DNA of 64,000 bases from Vicugna vicugna (taxonomy: Eukaryota): the NCBI GenBank assembly GCA_013265495.1, contig MU058540.1:1327696-1391695 (forward strand). Reading direction: 5' to 3'. The notes below the pieces were generated by a model. That model made no database searches. It saw nothing but the letters and a program-made list of their open reading frames with translations, and was not told the origin of the DNA. Made by a program: the position numbers and the translations under genes. Positions 35,774-49,769 of the stretch are shown in pieces; within the stretch, counting starts at the first letter, position 1, and every line of letters starts with the position of its first letter.

Positions 35774-36623
35774 CACCTATACCAGAGCAGCTTTATAAAA
35801 GCAAATACCTAGAAACTGTCCATAAACAAGAAAGTGGTTAAATAAAATATGGTCAGCCACAATGGAATACCGTGCATCCACATTAAAAAAAAATGATGTC
35901 CATATTGTGAAGTTAAACAAGCTAACCTAAGAATAGTATGTATAGTACGATTCCATTTGTGTGTTTTAAAGTATGAAGAAGGGGATGAGACCTGTACACA
36001 CAAGATGGTGCACCTACATATCATGCTCTCCCAGTTAGAAAATCTCTTGACAACTGAGGTGGATGGTAAGTCTGAAGTGGCTTGGCCTAAAGTCCATACC
36101 TCAATAACCTATCAAAATTTGTTTTAAAAGCATTGCGGAGGAGAAAATTTCCCAACAAGGCCTAGCCTGAAGACCTAAAGACATCTATCAGGGACACTTT
36201 CATGACTTAGCTATCCATACACAAGACAGTTCTTATTCAGAAAAAAAATGGTAAGAGGGATTTAAAACTGCATGGAGAATGGAGGAAAGTATAGTGATAA
36301 CTTCTCCTTAGCATATACATAAGGACTCTGTGACCACTCCGATCAAATACATGCCTACAAAGGTACAGAATGTCTCTGAAAAATAATGGTCACTTCTGGA
36401 GAATGAGATGGGAAGGGAAACAGGGATTTATGTACTACCTAAACTTATCACAAGAAACATTTATTATTTTTATGATTATGTATCTAAATAAAATTTTAAG
36501 AAATTAAAACACAAATAGGAAACCAGGAAAAATGTGTAAAACATAATTTATAAATCAACTTTTAAGATGACAAAGACACCAAAAAGCAAAGACATTTACA
36601 GGTATTAAAACTATATAGAATAA

Positions 36624-37507
36624 TTTCTCCAAAGAAGACATACAAATGGCCAATAGCACATTAAAAGATGTTCAGCATGTCTAATTACTAGAGAAATACC
36701 AAATCGAAACTACAATGAGATGCAACCTCACACTGTTCAGAATGGCCATCATTAAAAAGTCTACAAGTAACGAATGTAGGAGAGTGTGCAGAAAAGGGAA
36801 CCATCCTACACTGTTAGGGGGAATGTAAACTGGTGCAGCCCACTATGGAAGACACTATGGAGGTTCCTTAAAAAACTAAAAATAGACTTACCACATGATC
36901 CAGTAATCCCACTCCTAATTCAAAAAGATACAGGCATCTCAATGTTCATAGCAGCACTATTTACAATAGCCAAGACATGGAAGCAATCTAAATGTCCCTC
37001 AACAGATGAATAAAGATGTGGTATATATGCACAATGAAATACTACTCAGTCATTAAAAAAGAATGAAATAATGCCATTTGCAGCAACGTGGATGGAACTA
37101 GAGATTATCATACTAAGTGAAGTAAGTCAGAAAGAGAAAGACAAATACCATATATCACTTATGTGCAGAATCTAAAATACGACACAAGTGAACTTATTTA
37201 CAAAACAAAGACTCACAGACGTAGAAAACAAATTTATGGTTACCAAAGGGAAAAGAGGATGGGGATGGATAAATTTAGAGTCTGGAATTAGCAGATACAA
37301 ACTGCTATATATAAAATAGATTAACAACAAGGTCCTACTGTGGCACACAGGGAACTATACTCAATATCCTGTAATAAACCATAATGGAAAAGAATATAAA
37401 AAAGAGTATGTGTGTATATATAGGTATAACTAAATCACTTTGCTGCACACCAGAAACTAACACAATATTGTAAATGAACTATACTTCAATTAAAAAAATA
37501 AATTTAA
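36624..37507 (+). mobile_element. 5'-truncated L1 with target-site duplication
   Basis: ORF 36786-37013 resembles the L1 ORF2 C-terminus ([36 protein letters not shown]). 17-bp TSD with one mismatch: AAAACTATATAGAATAA (36607-36623) and AAAACCATATAGAATAA (37508-37524). Confidence 0.9.
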
Positions 37508-39477
37508 AAAACCATATAGAATAACATTCGGAAAGACACAAAGGAGACTGACAGTGGTTACTGCCTCTGGCAAGAGAAAGAAGTCTAGCATCAGAAAAAG
37601 ACTTGATTTTCACTGAAAAACTTTACTACTCTTTGAGTAATTATTTTTTAACAATAATTTTTTAATGTATGTAGAATAATATTCAGCAATGAAACAACAA
37701 GTTTCCATATATGATACGTGTTACAATATGGATAAAACTTGAAAACATTGTACTAAGGGAAAGGAGCCACATACTGCAAATTTACATTTATATGAAATAT
37801 CTAGAAAAGGCAAACCCAGAAAGACAAAACAGAATGGTGGTTGCCTGGGGCTGGGGTAATAATGGGGACTGATCACAAACTGGCATGAATCTTACTGGAG
37901 CGATGGGAATGTTCCAAACCTGGATCATGATGATGTGACTATACAAATCCATGAATTTACAAAAATAACTGAATTGTGCACTTAAAATAGGTGAATTTTA
38001 TGACATATAAAGTATTCCTCAATAAAGTTGTTACATATTAAAAACCAAAAAAAAGTAACTACCACATAGCTGGAATTTCCTTTAAAATACTGTTCTTCTA
38101 GTGGAGAAAAAGGATGAAAAAAAAGGCAAAATACTAATGATTATGAAATCAAGATGATGTGTACAAAGGATTCATTATACTTTCTTCTCCAAAATAAAAA
38201 TGTAACTCTAAAAAATAGCCAACACACACAAACAGAACACACTTCACAAGTTATGCTTTTTATCTATTAGATAAAATAAAAACTCAGCAAAAACTAAAAA
38301 TCATAATTCCCAGAAAGCAGACTTTCTAATGTCTAACTGTAAGATATTAATTGGTACATCCTTCATGGAGGCAATCTGGCAATGTTTATCAAGAACCTTC
38401 AAAAGGGCATACCTTTGACCTGGCAATCCCATTTCTAAGAATTTGTCCTAAATAAATACATGGATTATATGTCACAATTTTTTATTAGTTAAGGAAGAGA
38501 CAAGGAAATAATTAGACAAGTGAACAGATATTTATAATAGTGAAAAACAAAAAAATTAATAATGGCTGCTTAAGTAAGTTACAGAATACTCAAGTAATGG
38601 AATACTAACAGCCATGAAAAACAGACATGGAAAGAAATCTGCTTAGTAAAAAAGTAGGCTATAAAGCAATAGGTATTATATAATTATATTTTTAACTTAA
38701 AAATATATAATATGCGTATGAAGACCTATATATACACATATGTATACATAAATAAACTGATAGCAGTGATTAGCTAGCTTTGAGTAGCATTATAAATGGC
38801 TTTATTGTCTTCCTTTGACATTTCTAAATTTGCTGGGTTTTTATATTCAATGTTATTACTTTCATAATCAGGAGAAAAAAAATATATTTCCACTTCCCAA
38901 AAAGGCAAACTTCCCTATGGAAAAATGGACAAAGGGTGCATTCAATCAACTTATAAAAGAAATATAACAGACATTTAGCACACAAAGGTACTCATTAGAA
39001 ATGACAAAATACAAATTAAAACAAGATCACATTTTTCACCTACTAAACTAAAAAAAATTTTTTTAATTATAATATGCTACATTGATGAGGTATTAAAGAA
39101 ACAGTCACTTATACAGTAGTGGTGGAAATACAAATTAGTCTGACCTTTTTGGGAGAAAGAATTTGGCAATTTAGTATTAAGAGCACTAAAAGCCGTATTT
39201 ATCTTTAGCCCAGCAACCTAATTCTATGAATTAATTCTACGGAAATTACAACTAAGATGCAAGCAAAGATTTAGCTACAAGGATATTTAATACTGACAAA
39301 AAATTGAAAACAACTTTTATATTCAACACAAAGGGATTCTTTAATTATTCTATATTCATGTAAAGGAATACTGTGAAGCCTTTAAAACAAAGTGTAGAAT
39401 CATATTTATTAAGAGTGGAGAGATGGTCTAGAGATTTTTAAATGAAAACAAATTACAAATAGTGTGTATAGTGTGTA

Positions 39478-39890
39478 TACTGGTTGAAAAGAATCCCCCT
39501 GAATTCATGTCCACCCGGAACCTCAGAACCGTGACCTTATTTGGAAATAGAGTCTTTGCAGACATAATTAGTTAATATGAGGTCATACTAGATCAGGTTA
39601 GGCCCCACATCTAACTGATGTCCTTCTAAGGAGGGAGAGATTTGAAGACACACAAAAGAAGAAGGTCATGGGACTACTGAGTCAGAGACTGAAGAAATGC
39701 AGCTACAAATCAAGGAACACCAAGAAATGTCAGGAGCTATCAAAAGCTAAGAAGAGGTAAGGATTCTTTCCCAAGAACTTCAGAGGAAGCATGGTCCTGC
39801 CAATGCCTTGAATTTAGACTTTGAGCCTCCAGAATAAATTTGTCTTAAGCCACCCAGTTTGTGGTAATTTGTTATGACAATCCTAAAAAC
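39478..39890 (+). mobile_element. MaLR (MLT1-like) solo LTR
   Basis: ATTCATGTCCACCCGGAACCTCAGAA..GTGACCTTATTTGGAAATAG..CAAGGAACACCAAG..TTAAGCCACCCAGTTTGTGGTAATTTGTTA. Confidence 0.85.
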
Positions 39891-39914
39891 CCACACAGTG
39901 TGTAAAACACAACA

Positions 39915-40140
39915 ATCAGGAGCACAGACTCTGGTCCCAGACTGCTGACATTTGAATCCTATTTCTACCACTTATTACACCCACATAACTTTAGGCAAGT
40001 TATTTAACCTTGCTGAGCTTCTTCTCTTTTTCTGTAAAATGAGGATAACAGTATTTATTTCCAAGAATTATTGTGAACATTAAATTATATATTAAACTTA
40101 ATCACTTAAAACAGTACCTGGAATACAGTAAATACTTCAT
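39915..40140 (+). mobile_element. MIR SINE
   Basis: TTTGAATCCT..CACTTA..TTAGGCAAGTTATTTAACCT..CTGTAAAATGAGGATAA core. Confidence 0.75.
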
Positions 40141-41369
40141 TTCTATAAAGCAAACACAGGTACACACACTTAATAATATTAAGATGAAGATCAAAAGGTT
40201 AAAACTGTTTGTCTCAGGGTCCTGTGTGTATGGCTTATTTTTTTCTTTTTGCTTTATGGTAATTTCTAGCTTATATTCAATAAGATTTATGTCATATTAA
40301 AACTGCTTATGTCATAATAAAACAGTTACTATTTTATTTTAAAATATTATAAAAGGCAGTGGTTCCCAGTTACAGTTGTATGCAAACCCCATCCCTCAGC
40401 TAATGATTTCCGCTACTCAAAGTCTGTTATCAACGTATTTTTTAAATTAAAAAGTAAATTTTACTTTAGAAAAGAAAAGCTGACCAGAAAGCATCTTAGC
40501 AGCACATTGCATATCATTCAGTCAATCATTAGTAGGCTGTTGCTCCATAATAGGCTATGAATCACTGACCTTAAGGACAATAATTCAAGTTCAAACTCCT
40601 GGAAACACTTTACAGACCCAAGGCTCAAATATTATAACAAAACACAACTGTTCAATTTTATAAGTGAGTCTTTTAAAACCCAGTGCACAGCAAATTCAGT
40701 GAAGCTGAGTTCCATATTTGGAATAAACTGCTACCCATCTCAAGATATACATTAACTTTGGCAAACTGTTAGAAAACCACTTACAAAATCAATTACCCTT
40801 CCAATAAGTGGAAAATGTATTAGTGTCACCTGCATGATGATTTAATAACAGTTAAACCTCTTCAGTGAGTTTCAGTCTTACATTCTAGGTCCCGAAAAAA
40901 TTCAACTTATAAAACATGTTCTCTGACAATACCTCATAAGTAAATTCAGATGAGTTCACTACTTTGAGTTTACTTAACACATTTTGCCCTTAACGTAGGA
41001 AAACAAAGCTTTTAACAATTATATGTAATTACCAGATGAGAGTCTTGTTACTTAGTACAGTGAAGGAATTTCTACTGAATTTGAGGAGACCAAATCCACC
41101 ACTGCATGCCTTTTTTTGGGGGGTGGGGTTGATTTGTGTGTGTGTGTTTTATTTAAGCACAGTTGATTTACAATATTAGTTTCACCACTGAATTGTTAAT
41201 TTTAAAAAATATCTATTTGATCAGCCTATCCAAGTACCTTGACAACTAATTCAGTTCTCACGGAAGCAAAAGAGGTACAAGGCCTATGGTACCCACTACC
41301 CTGGACAGGAAGAACAATTACTTAAATAGCAATACCACTACTGTTAAAAATTTTTATTACACTTAATTT

Positions 41370-41467
41370 TTATATATGTATATACACATATACACACATG
41401 CATAAAATTTACCTATGTATGTGTATGTATATATGTGTGTGTGTGCGTGTGTGTGTGTATACACACA
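41370..41467. repeat. Compound (TA)/(CA)/(TG) low-complexity repeat
   Basis: Seen directly. Confidence 0.85.
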
Positions 41468-41559
41468 GAATCTGTAGACATGGGAAATTTTCTGAAAGGT
41501 ACAGAAGAAACAGCAGTGGTTATATCTAGAAAGGAGAGGGGATTTCTGTTTTTCATATC

Positions 41560-41885
41560 TGTCCAGAGGTTGCAAATTAGCAGCCCAAGGACCACATCCT
41601 ACCTATAGTGGCCTAACTATTTGGCCCACACGGTGTTTTAAAAATATTTAAATTAGTTGCCAACATTTGAAAATTAAGCAATTTCCCATAAAAATCTAAA
41701 CTTCTGGCTTCTCTTGAAAAAATGGATAAATCTAAGAACACTAGGCCGTCATTCCAGTGTGGCAATATTTGACTTAAGGCAAGTATCAGACATTCTCTTT
41801 ACAAAAGGAAAGTGCTTTCCAGCTCAAACATACTTCAACTGCTCGTATTCTCCACCTGGCACCTATAGGCATTTTAGTTTGCAAC
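41560..41885. mobile_element. hAT/Charlie-type DNA transposon remnant (MER102-like)
   Basis: TTGCCAACATTTGAAAATT..CATAAAAATCTAAACTTCTGGCTTCTCTTGAAAAA..AACACTAGGC resembles MER102 as I recall it. Confidence 0.5.
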
Positions 41886-43409
41886 TCCTACTTAGACTCT
41901 TCTAAACTGCTTGAACTTACTATGTACTTATGTTACTTTTTAAAGTTTTTCCTCAATAAAACACATTGGCAAAGATCCAGGAGACCTTTAGAGAGCTTAC
42001 AAAATATGTTTCTCCATTCACTCTAAATAACTAAATGTTACCTAATTTTTCTGAATAATAAATTCTCTTATAAACTGATTACAAATGATATTTAATTCAA
42101 GAAAACATGCCTAGAAAGGTAGTTATACAAGGTGGAGCCAATCTTTACAGGGCTCAAATTGCTTAAGAAAGAATATTCTTGTTGTCATTTAAACTTTAAT
42201 TTGCTTTCATGTCATGTATGGAACTATCAGCAACATTTAAATCTCATGCTCAAACTAAACCTACAAAGAAGTTCTATAAACTAAGCTTTCTTCAAACAGC
42301 ACTAGACTTCAAGATTTCTATAAAAATGAAATCTTTACTCCCATCTACCTTCATGCATTACTTCAACAAATATCTACTGAGCACCTACTATGTACAAAGC
42401 ATTGTATCAGATGCTTAAGGAGAAACAAAGGGCGTTATGGCGTACTTTCCTCTCCAGGGTGTGTGCTGTATCTGATAAATATTAAAAAGGCAAGAGTGGA
42501 GTTCAAAGACAGCACTACCAAGAACAGTGATTAGTGTCCCAATTTCAAAAAAAAACAAAAGGATTTCACGAGGTATAAAGGAACAGCATTCTCAGTCGGG
42601 AAAAAAAAGATAAAAATTGGGAAAACAAAAGTATGTATGGGAAATGAGCAGCAAAACAGTTTCAATGGAGTAGAGTGGAGCAGGATATCCAGCACAAAGA
42701 TATGCCAGAAAGGTAGAGGCAGGTAAGTTAGGATCACTCTTTGGAGGGTCCTGAACGTCAAGCTAAAGCTCTTTGTTTTTTATCTGGTATGCAACAAGGC
42801 ACAAAGGTTTCTGAGAAAAGAAGGGCCCAGATCAAAACCGATTCTTCAGAAAGACTGACCTGGTAGTGGTATGTCCACAAAATGGACTGGAAGGAAGAGA
42901 GCCAGGTGTAGAAAACCAATTTGAAGACTATTCCTACGTTACCTGTTAAAGTGGTAACATAATCTACAAACTAAGTTGATGGCAAGGGAAATGGAAAAAA
43001 GACAAATTCGGAGGTGCACTGCAGAGTGGAAATGAACTGGGTTGGGCAAATGATCTGAGGTATTCAGGAAAGAGAGGGCATTGGAAATAATTCAGTTCAA
43101 GCCTTATGTCTGGAAGACCACTGGAGCTAGTGAGCTAGTAACAGAACAGGGAAAGTCAGAAAGAAAAGCTGAAGGGCTGGGGGCGTTGGGGGCGGGAGAA
43201 GAACGGACCTTTTGAACACATTAAGTTTGGGGTGCCAATTGAACATGCTTAATTTTTCCTCCATAAGAAAACCTTGCACACTTTTCTGGCCCAATTTTTA
43301 GTGATGACCAAAGAAAGTGCATGTTTAATACAAGTAAAGATATATTTAAAGCAGAGTCAATGAGAAGATAGTCCCAGAGCATATAATATGATCAAAATTA
43401 AGCTCTACA

Positions 43410-44735
43410 GAATGAAGATGGACTCCTATCTCAACCATATGCAAAAATTAACTCAAAATTGGTTAGTGACCTAAATACAAGAACTGAAACCATAAAACTC
43501 CTAGAAGAAAACATAGAGGTAAATCTTCATGATCCTGGATTGGCAATGAATTACTAGATATAACAGCAAAAGCACAAGCAACAACAACAAAAAATTAAGT
43601 TGGACCTCATCAGAATGAAAGACATCTATGCACCAAAGGATATTACCAAGAAAATGAAAAAACAGGGAGGGATGGTGTGGCTTAAGTGGTAGAGCATGTG
43701 CTTAGCTTAGCATGCATGTGGTCCTGGGTTCAATCCCCAGTACCTCCACTTAAAAAATAATTAAATAAATAAAACTAATTACCTCCCCCCAAAAAAACAC
43801 AAAAACAAAAAAAAAGCTTACAGGATAGGAGAAAATATTCATTTGCAAATCATATACTTGTTAAGGGTGCAGTATCCAGAATATATAAAGAACTCTTACA
43901 ACTGAACAACAAGACACACAATCCAATTTTTAAAACCGGCAAAGGACTTGAACAGACATTTCTCCGAAGAAGATATACAAATGGCCAGCAAGCATATGAA
44001 AAGATTCAATATCATTAGTAATTAGAGAAATGCAAATCAATCTCACAATGAGGTACCACTTCATACGCACTATGATTTTAAATAGGAAAACGTGTTGGTG
44101 AGTTTGTAGAAAAATTGGTACAGGCTCATACACTGCTGGGGAATGTAAATGATTCAGCTACTGTGGAAAAGTTTGGTGGTTCCTCAAAAAGTTAAACACA
44201 GAAATACTATATGATCCAGCAATTCAACTCCTAGGTATATATCCAAAGAACTGAAAACAGGTACTTAAATACACATAAACGCACATTCATAGCAGCACTA
44301 TTCACAATAGCCAAAAGGTGGAAACAGCTCAAACGTCCACCAATGGATGAATGGACAAGCTGTGGCATATATACACGTTAGAATATCATGTAGTCATTAA
44401 AAGGAATTAAGTACTGATAACATGCTATACAACATGGATAAACCTTGAAAGAAGCCAGACACAAAAGGGAAAATATTTTATGATTCCATTTACATGAAAT
44501 ATCCAGAACATCCATAGAGAAAGAATCCAGACAGGGGGTTGCCAGGGTCTTAGGGTAGATGGGAATGGGGACCAACTTCTTAATTGTGTGAGGTTTCCTT
44601 TTGGAATGATGAAAATGTTTTGGCCAGACAGAGGAGGTGGTTGCACATGTGAATACACTAAATGCCACTTAATTGCTTACTTTACCATGGTTTAATTTTA
44701 TGTTACATCAATTTCACCTCAATTTTTCAAAAAAT
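43410..44735 (+). mobile_element. L1M fragment (ORF2 end plus 3' UTR) interrupted by a SINE
   Basis: AAAATTAACTCAAAAT..ATAAAACTCCTAGAAGAAAACATAG..GACTTGAACAGACATTTCTCC..AGAGAAATGCAAATCAA. Confidence 0.88.
43665..43815 (+). mobile_element. tRNA-derived SINE nested in L1
   Basis: AAGTGGTAGAGCATGTGCTTAG..GGGTTCAATCCCCAGTACCTCC with the same tail as the SINE at 9020. Confidence 0.85.
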
Positions 44736-47700
44736 CAATAATACTCCAAAGCAAAAATAAAAATAAGCTCCATCTCCTGTCACTCCTGATCCCATTAACC
44801 ACATTCTAGCCAAGCCAATCTTCTAGAAAGTTCTGCTCCATTTGCTCCTCATGGTTCATTCGGGAAACATCCTCTACCTACATTACACTACTTTTCCATC
44901 AATTCAAATCCCTCAACTGTGTCAAACCTTCTAAGAAAGCAACCTGCCCATAACAAGCACTCTATGTGAATCACTGATTCTGCTCAATTCAGTCCATTCC
45001 TACCTCTTTTGAAATTTTACTCAGTTAATTCAACATTAACACATGAATGCTTCTTCCTTATTATCCCAAAACTTTGTCTCTCACAGTTTCAGGCATGTTC
45101 TTTTCCTATTAGAGAGCAAATTATAATAAAGGCTGTCTTCTGCTTTTGTGTTACACTTACTGCTGGGGCGCACGGGTCTATCCAAAATACATTTGCATAT
45201 TGTCTGGTTGAGTTTCTGCTGTTATGTGCTAGAAAAATTTTGTGGAGGGCAGGAGAGTAGTTGGGAAGATAAGAGGTGGTAAAGAAACACCTCCACCCAC
45301 CCTGGAGATTAGTTCTGACTTGATATATGACGAGAAACACAAGTCTCACAGCAACAGAAGAGTAAAAAGACTTCCTGCAAGACAACAATGTACTTTTTAC
45401 TGTTTCTTTTAAAACTAAAATGAATCTGGATGCTCTATTTCTAAATTATTTTATATTACACTCAGAGTCCCAGCCTGTGTGTGCCACTCAAAAAAGACTA
45501 GAAAAAGTGGAAAAGAAGAATGTCCAAAGCAAGAACTCCCAACCTTTTTAAAAATGCAACAGCACGCACGACACTCTATCACTGTTACGCAACCCTTCCC
45601 TACTCTCTTCCTAAAACTGCTGCTTGGCACACAAATTTAAAGGAAACCAGTATTATTATCATGTTTTATCTGTCATAAAAGGACTTTCCCTAGGTTCATA
45701 CACATAAACCAGAGAGTGGATCAGAAACTCATTTTGCATGCAGGTAACTAAGAAATAGATTAAGATCGGGCAGGAGACGCACTGTGAGATCAGATAAGAG
45801 GTACAATTGATTTTCACATCTAGATTCTGATTTTACTTCATTGCATAGTGGTTATACCTTCATTTCATCCAGAAGGGTGTCTCTGACAATGTTGAGATAG
45901 TTAACAGGACATTATTTTACAAAAATGTTTTTCCTGAGTTTTCTAGAAAACATCTGTTCCATCCATGATGGGGGGCATGTAGTGTTTCAAAAAACACACG
46001 CTGCTTCCTGAGGATACCTGGAGGCAACCTAGGGTGTTGCAGCACCAAAACGGTAAAGCACTAGCCTAATGAATACGAGGGAGAGAAACAACCAAGACTG
46101 TCTATATGCTGGTCAAAGATAACTTACTCATACCTATAATGAGAAATAACTCCTACGTTAACATCCTCTAAAAATCTGAAAGTGTTATTTACGTCTTGTA
46201 ATAAATACTAAAAAATAACTCACTTTGAAAACTTAACAGACAAATCACTCTCAGGGCTACAAGGTGAATTTAAAATCTTATGTAACATTGAACCATACAC
46301 TTAAAATTGGTTAAAAATGGTAAATTCTACGTTATATATATTTCACCACAACTTTTTAAAAATCATATGTAATCCCTCCTCTCAATCCTGTTGGTTTCCT
46401 CTGAAAAAACAAAATACGTCTATTAGTCTACATTAAAGGATGAGAAATGTGTTTAAATTATAAATTACCAAAAAATTTTAGTGATTTGTATTAAAGCTTT
46501 CTGATTTCTTAAGGTATTTATTAGATATTCTCCATCTCCAAGGAGGACACAAACAAATGATAAAAGCTTAAACTACAGTAAGAAAGACTTAGTTTTGACA
46601 TTAATTCAAACTAGAAAGATAATTAAACACTACAACAAGGTATCATGCAAATCTCTGCCCTCAGGGATGCAAGAATAAGCTATCTTGGAAAGGTTAAATG
46701 CAATTCCACAGGAAAAACTGGAATGAACTAGAGAATCTTAAGCCAGCATCCAGTTTTAGAATTCCAAGTTCTGTACTTACAGCCCAATAGAATGTCTCTG
46801 CAAGACATTCCACCTATAGAAAGTTATACTAAAGTCACTTCAGTTTAGCTTCAGATATTGGATTCCCTCACCACCCCCAATTATTCACTTTATGTAGTCA
46901 CTTAGGAACTGAAAATTGACTACTTTTGTTAAGAGGCAATTCCACCAATTTCCAGCAGCACAACTGCCAGCTGAGGTATAAATACTACAAAAACGCTTAA
47001 ACTGAAGCAATACTGGGTTCTACATTAAACAAACAGAAATATCTACATAGTACACATCTAACCTACTACTAAAAAGCAAAAAAAAAAAACCCCAAAACCT
47101 ATGTTTACAGGGTAGGTAATTCACAAGGTTAAAACTCACAATTTTGTCCATTTTTCAACAGCTTCTTAAAAAGTTGTTACAAACAACAGAAAATAAATTC
47201 TTACTTTTGAAAACAAGGCATACTTTGTCCTTCCGACTGTGGTTTCATTTTAGAAGTCTCAAGGCCTTCATTTTTAAATAATCATTTTTATTTTACCATA
47301 TTATTTTTTAACAGTCACTAGACAACTGAATGGTGGTTATTTATTACAACCCAAAGCAGGCTTTTATGAAGTCACAGGAAGGTTAATCATCTCAAATTCA
47401 ACAGGTTAACCACAGCAGTTTGAGAGGTGTTTTGCCAACCTATACCGGGACTATCTCAACAGTTCCCAAAGTTAGACATTAAATGACACTTAAAAATAAT
47501 ACGTTTCCAGACTCCAGATACTTATTTAACACACACAAATATTTTGACCAAGTACACAGCATGCACATAATTTAACTAGATTTTATTAATTATGATAAGT
47601 ATTTGTTTAAAACAAAAATCGAACAAGACAAATTTAGCCAGGTCAGCATAGGAATCAAAATATAATATTGGATTACGGAGCTAACTGCTTTCATTATAAA

Positions 47701-49769
47701 GAATAACAAGCCTTACTTCCTTCAGTTCACAAATTTTGCATTTTATAATCAAAGAAAACAAAGAACATGACTTTATCAGCCAAAAAATAAGGTAATGTGG
47801 CTTACAGCTGAGTTATCACTTAATTACCTGGGTTTCTAACACGCTACTGACTTCAACTGCTTTAAAACCAGAATACATTTTTTTAATGGCTCACTCCTTT
47901 GCTAAGAAAGGTATCATACCTTGTTTCATACGGAGATAACATCTCATCAGAACGCATGCTACTCTGTGATGTTGAGCTTAATAAATTTTATAAAAAATTC
48001 AAATAAAATTTTTATAATGCAACTGTAATGTTTATTTTTTTTCCTTATCCACACTGGGCCTTACCTTTCACAATACCTAAAAACAAACAATCTCAGATGT
48101 TAAACATACACACTTTGAGCATATAAAATTCACTACGTTGGTTTTGTAGCTATAATTGTACTAATAAATACTGACTCTAAAAAACTAAAAACTTATTAGG
48201 TCAGAACTTCAATTGTACAACTCACAAGGGGGTGGGGAGAAATAATAATCCTCCCCTACCAAACTAGCAGCAACAAAATGCCAAGTTTCCTATAATGAAC
48301 TAGTGTAAACAGGAAGAAAAAGAGCTGGGGATGGGAAGCAGGCAGGCAGGATACAATCCTCCTCAAGATACAGTTTTACTTCTAAATTTCACCAATGCAA
48401 TACCTCTTCCGAGTGTTTTCAATAACCCCTGTCACTCTCTATCAAACACATAGGCTGGTGTTCAGAAAACTACTGCAGGCTGTAGTAGTCCCTGTCTGAG
48501 ATCATGTGGACATAAAAGATACAAGTAGGGATCACAAATGCTGCTTTAATTATGAAGACTATTTCCTGCATTCAAAGTTTTCTGAACATCTAGAAACTCA
48601 ATCCCATTTTCACTGTAACAATCATCTTTAAAGATAAAACAGTAGTACCTACCAATGATGCTGCACAGAAAAAAAATTCACATCACCTTTGGTGCCACCA
48701 CAGCTACAAGGCTCCGAAGAGCAAGATTAGCATCACTCAGGATAGGGCTTGATGGGGAGTGGGATAAAGACTAGGCTTCTTTTTCTGGCATTGCCTGAGG
48801 CATTCAGTGGACATGAAATAAAGGGGAGGCAGGTTGTATAAGTGATGCCAAGAGAAACAAGATTCCACATGCCAGGGGACTGAATGCCCAACACAGAGAG
48901 CAAAGGGCACTCATCTCATGGCTTTCTGACCAAAGAAAGATGAGTTGTTTTACCTGAAATCCTTTTAAAGGAAGTCTAATGGTCTCCACTTTATCACTCA
49001 TCCTGAATGAACTCAACAACCCCCTCCTCAGAGAAAAAGGGGAAGCCCTACTTATCAGAAAGAGCAAGTGCTAAATCCAAAGCCAAGAGACACTCCTTTA
49101 GTCTAAGTTTCATCGTCCCAATTCAGTTTTCTACAAGGAGACTCCATGTCAAAAAGACCTGGTTCCTAGCCTAAGTCAAGTTCTCCATTTTTCTAATCAT
49201 CTACCAACCCAGTTTTCTTTCCTAAACTCCTCTGGATAAGCCCCTCTTCATTCCCGCTTTCTGGAGCGAGATTTACAACCCCCACAAAGAGTTCCCTCCC
49301 GCAAGGGAATCTCCACTCCTTCACTTTTCCTAAGGTTTTTCCCAGACGCTGCCTCAGGTCTAGCACTTCCGATCTCTCATTAGTAGATCCCACCCCACCC
49401 TCCCCCGGCCCAACTCATCGGAAAGTCATCTTTCTTACCGTACTCACTTGTCCTCCTCCATAATATTCTTCCCTTTTTCCTATCAGTCCTCGAATGGACG
49501 GACGAACACACACACACGCACAAATAATCTGTTCTCAGCTCCTAACTCCCAAGTCTCACCCATGCCCGAGGCTCTCGCATTAGCACCTATTTCTCTCCCG
49601 GAGTTACCCCTCATCCTTGTCGTTCTCACCCGCTAACTCCACACCCCAAGCTTTTTTCTACTCCACAAATACAGATTTCCTGTGCTTTTTACTCTTAGTC
49701 AACACCACAGCTCTCTTCCCCCCAAGGTCTACCCCATGCCTCGATGCTCAGAAGTCTTTTCTCCTCTTC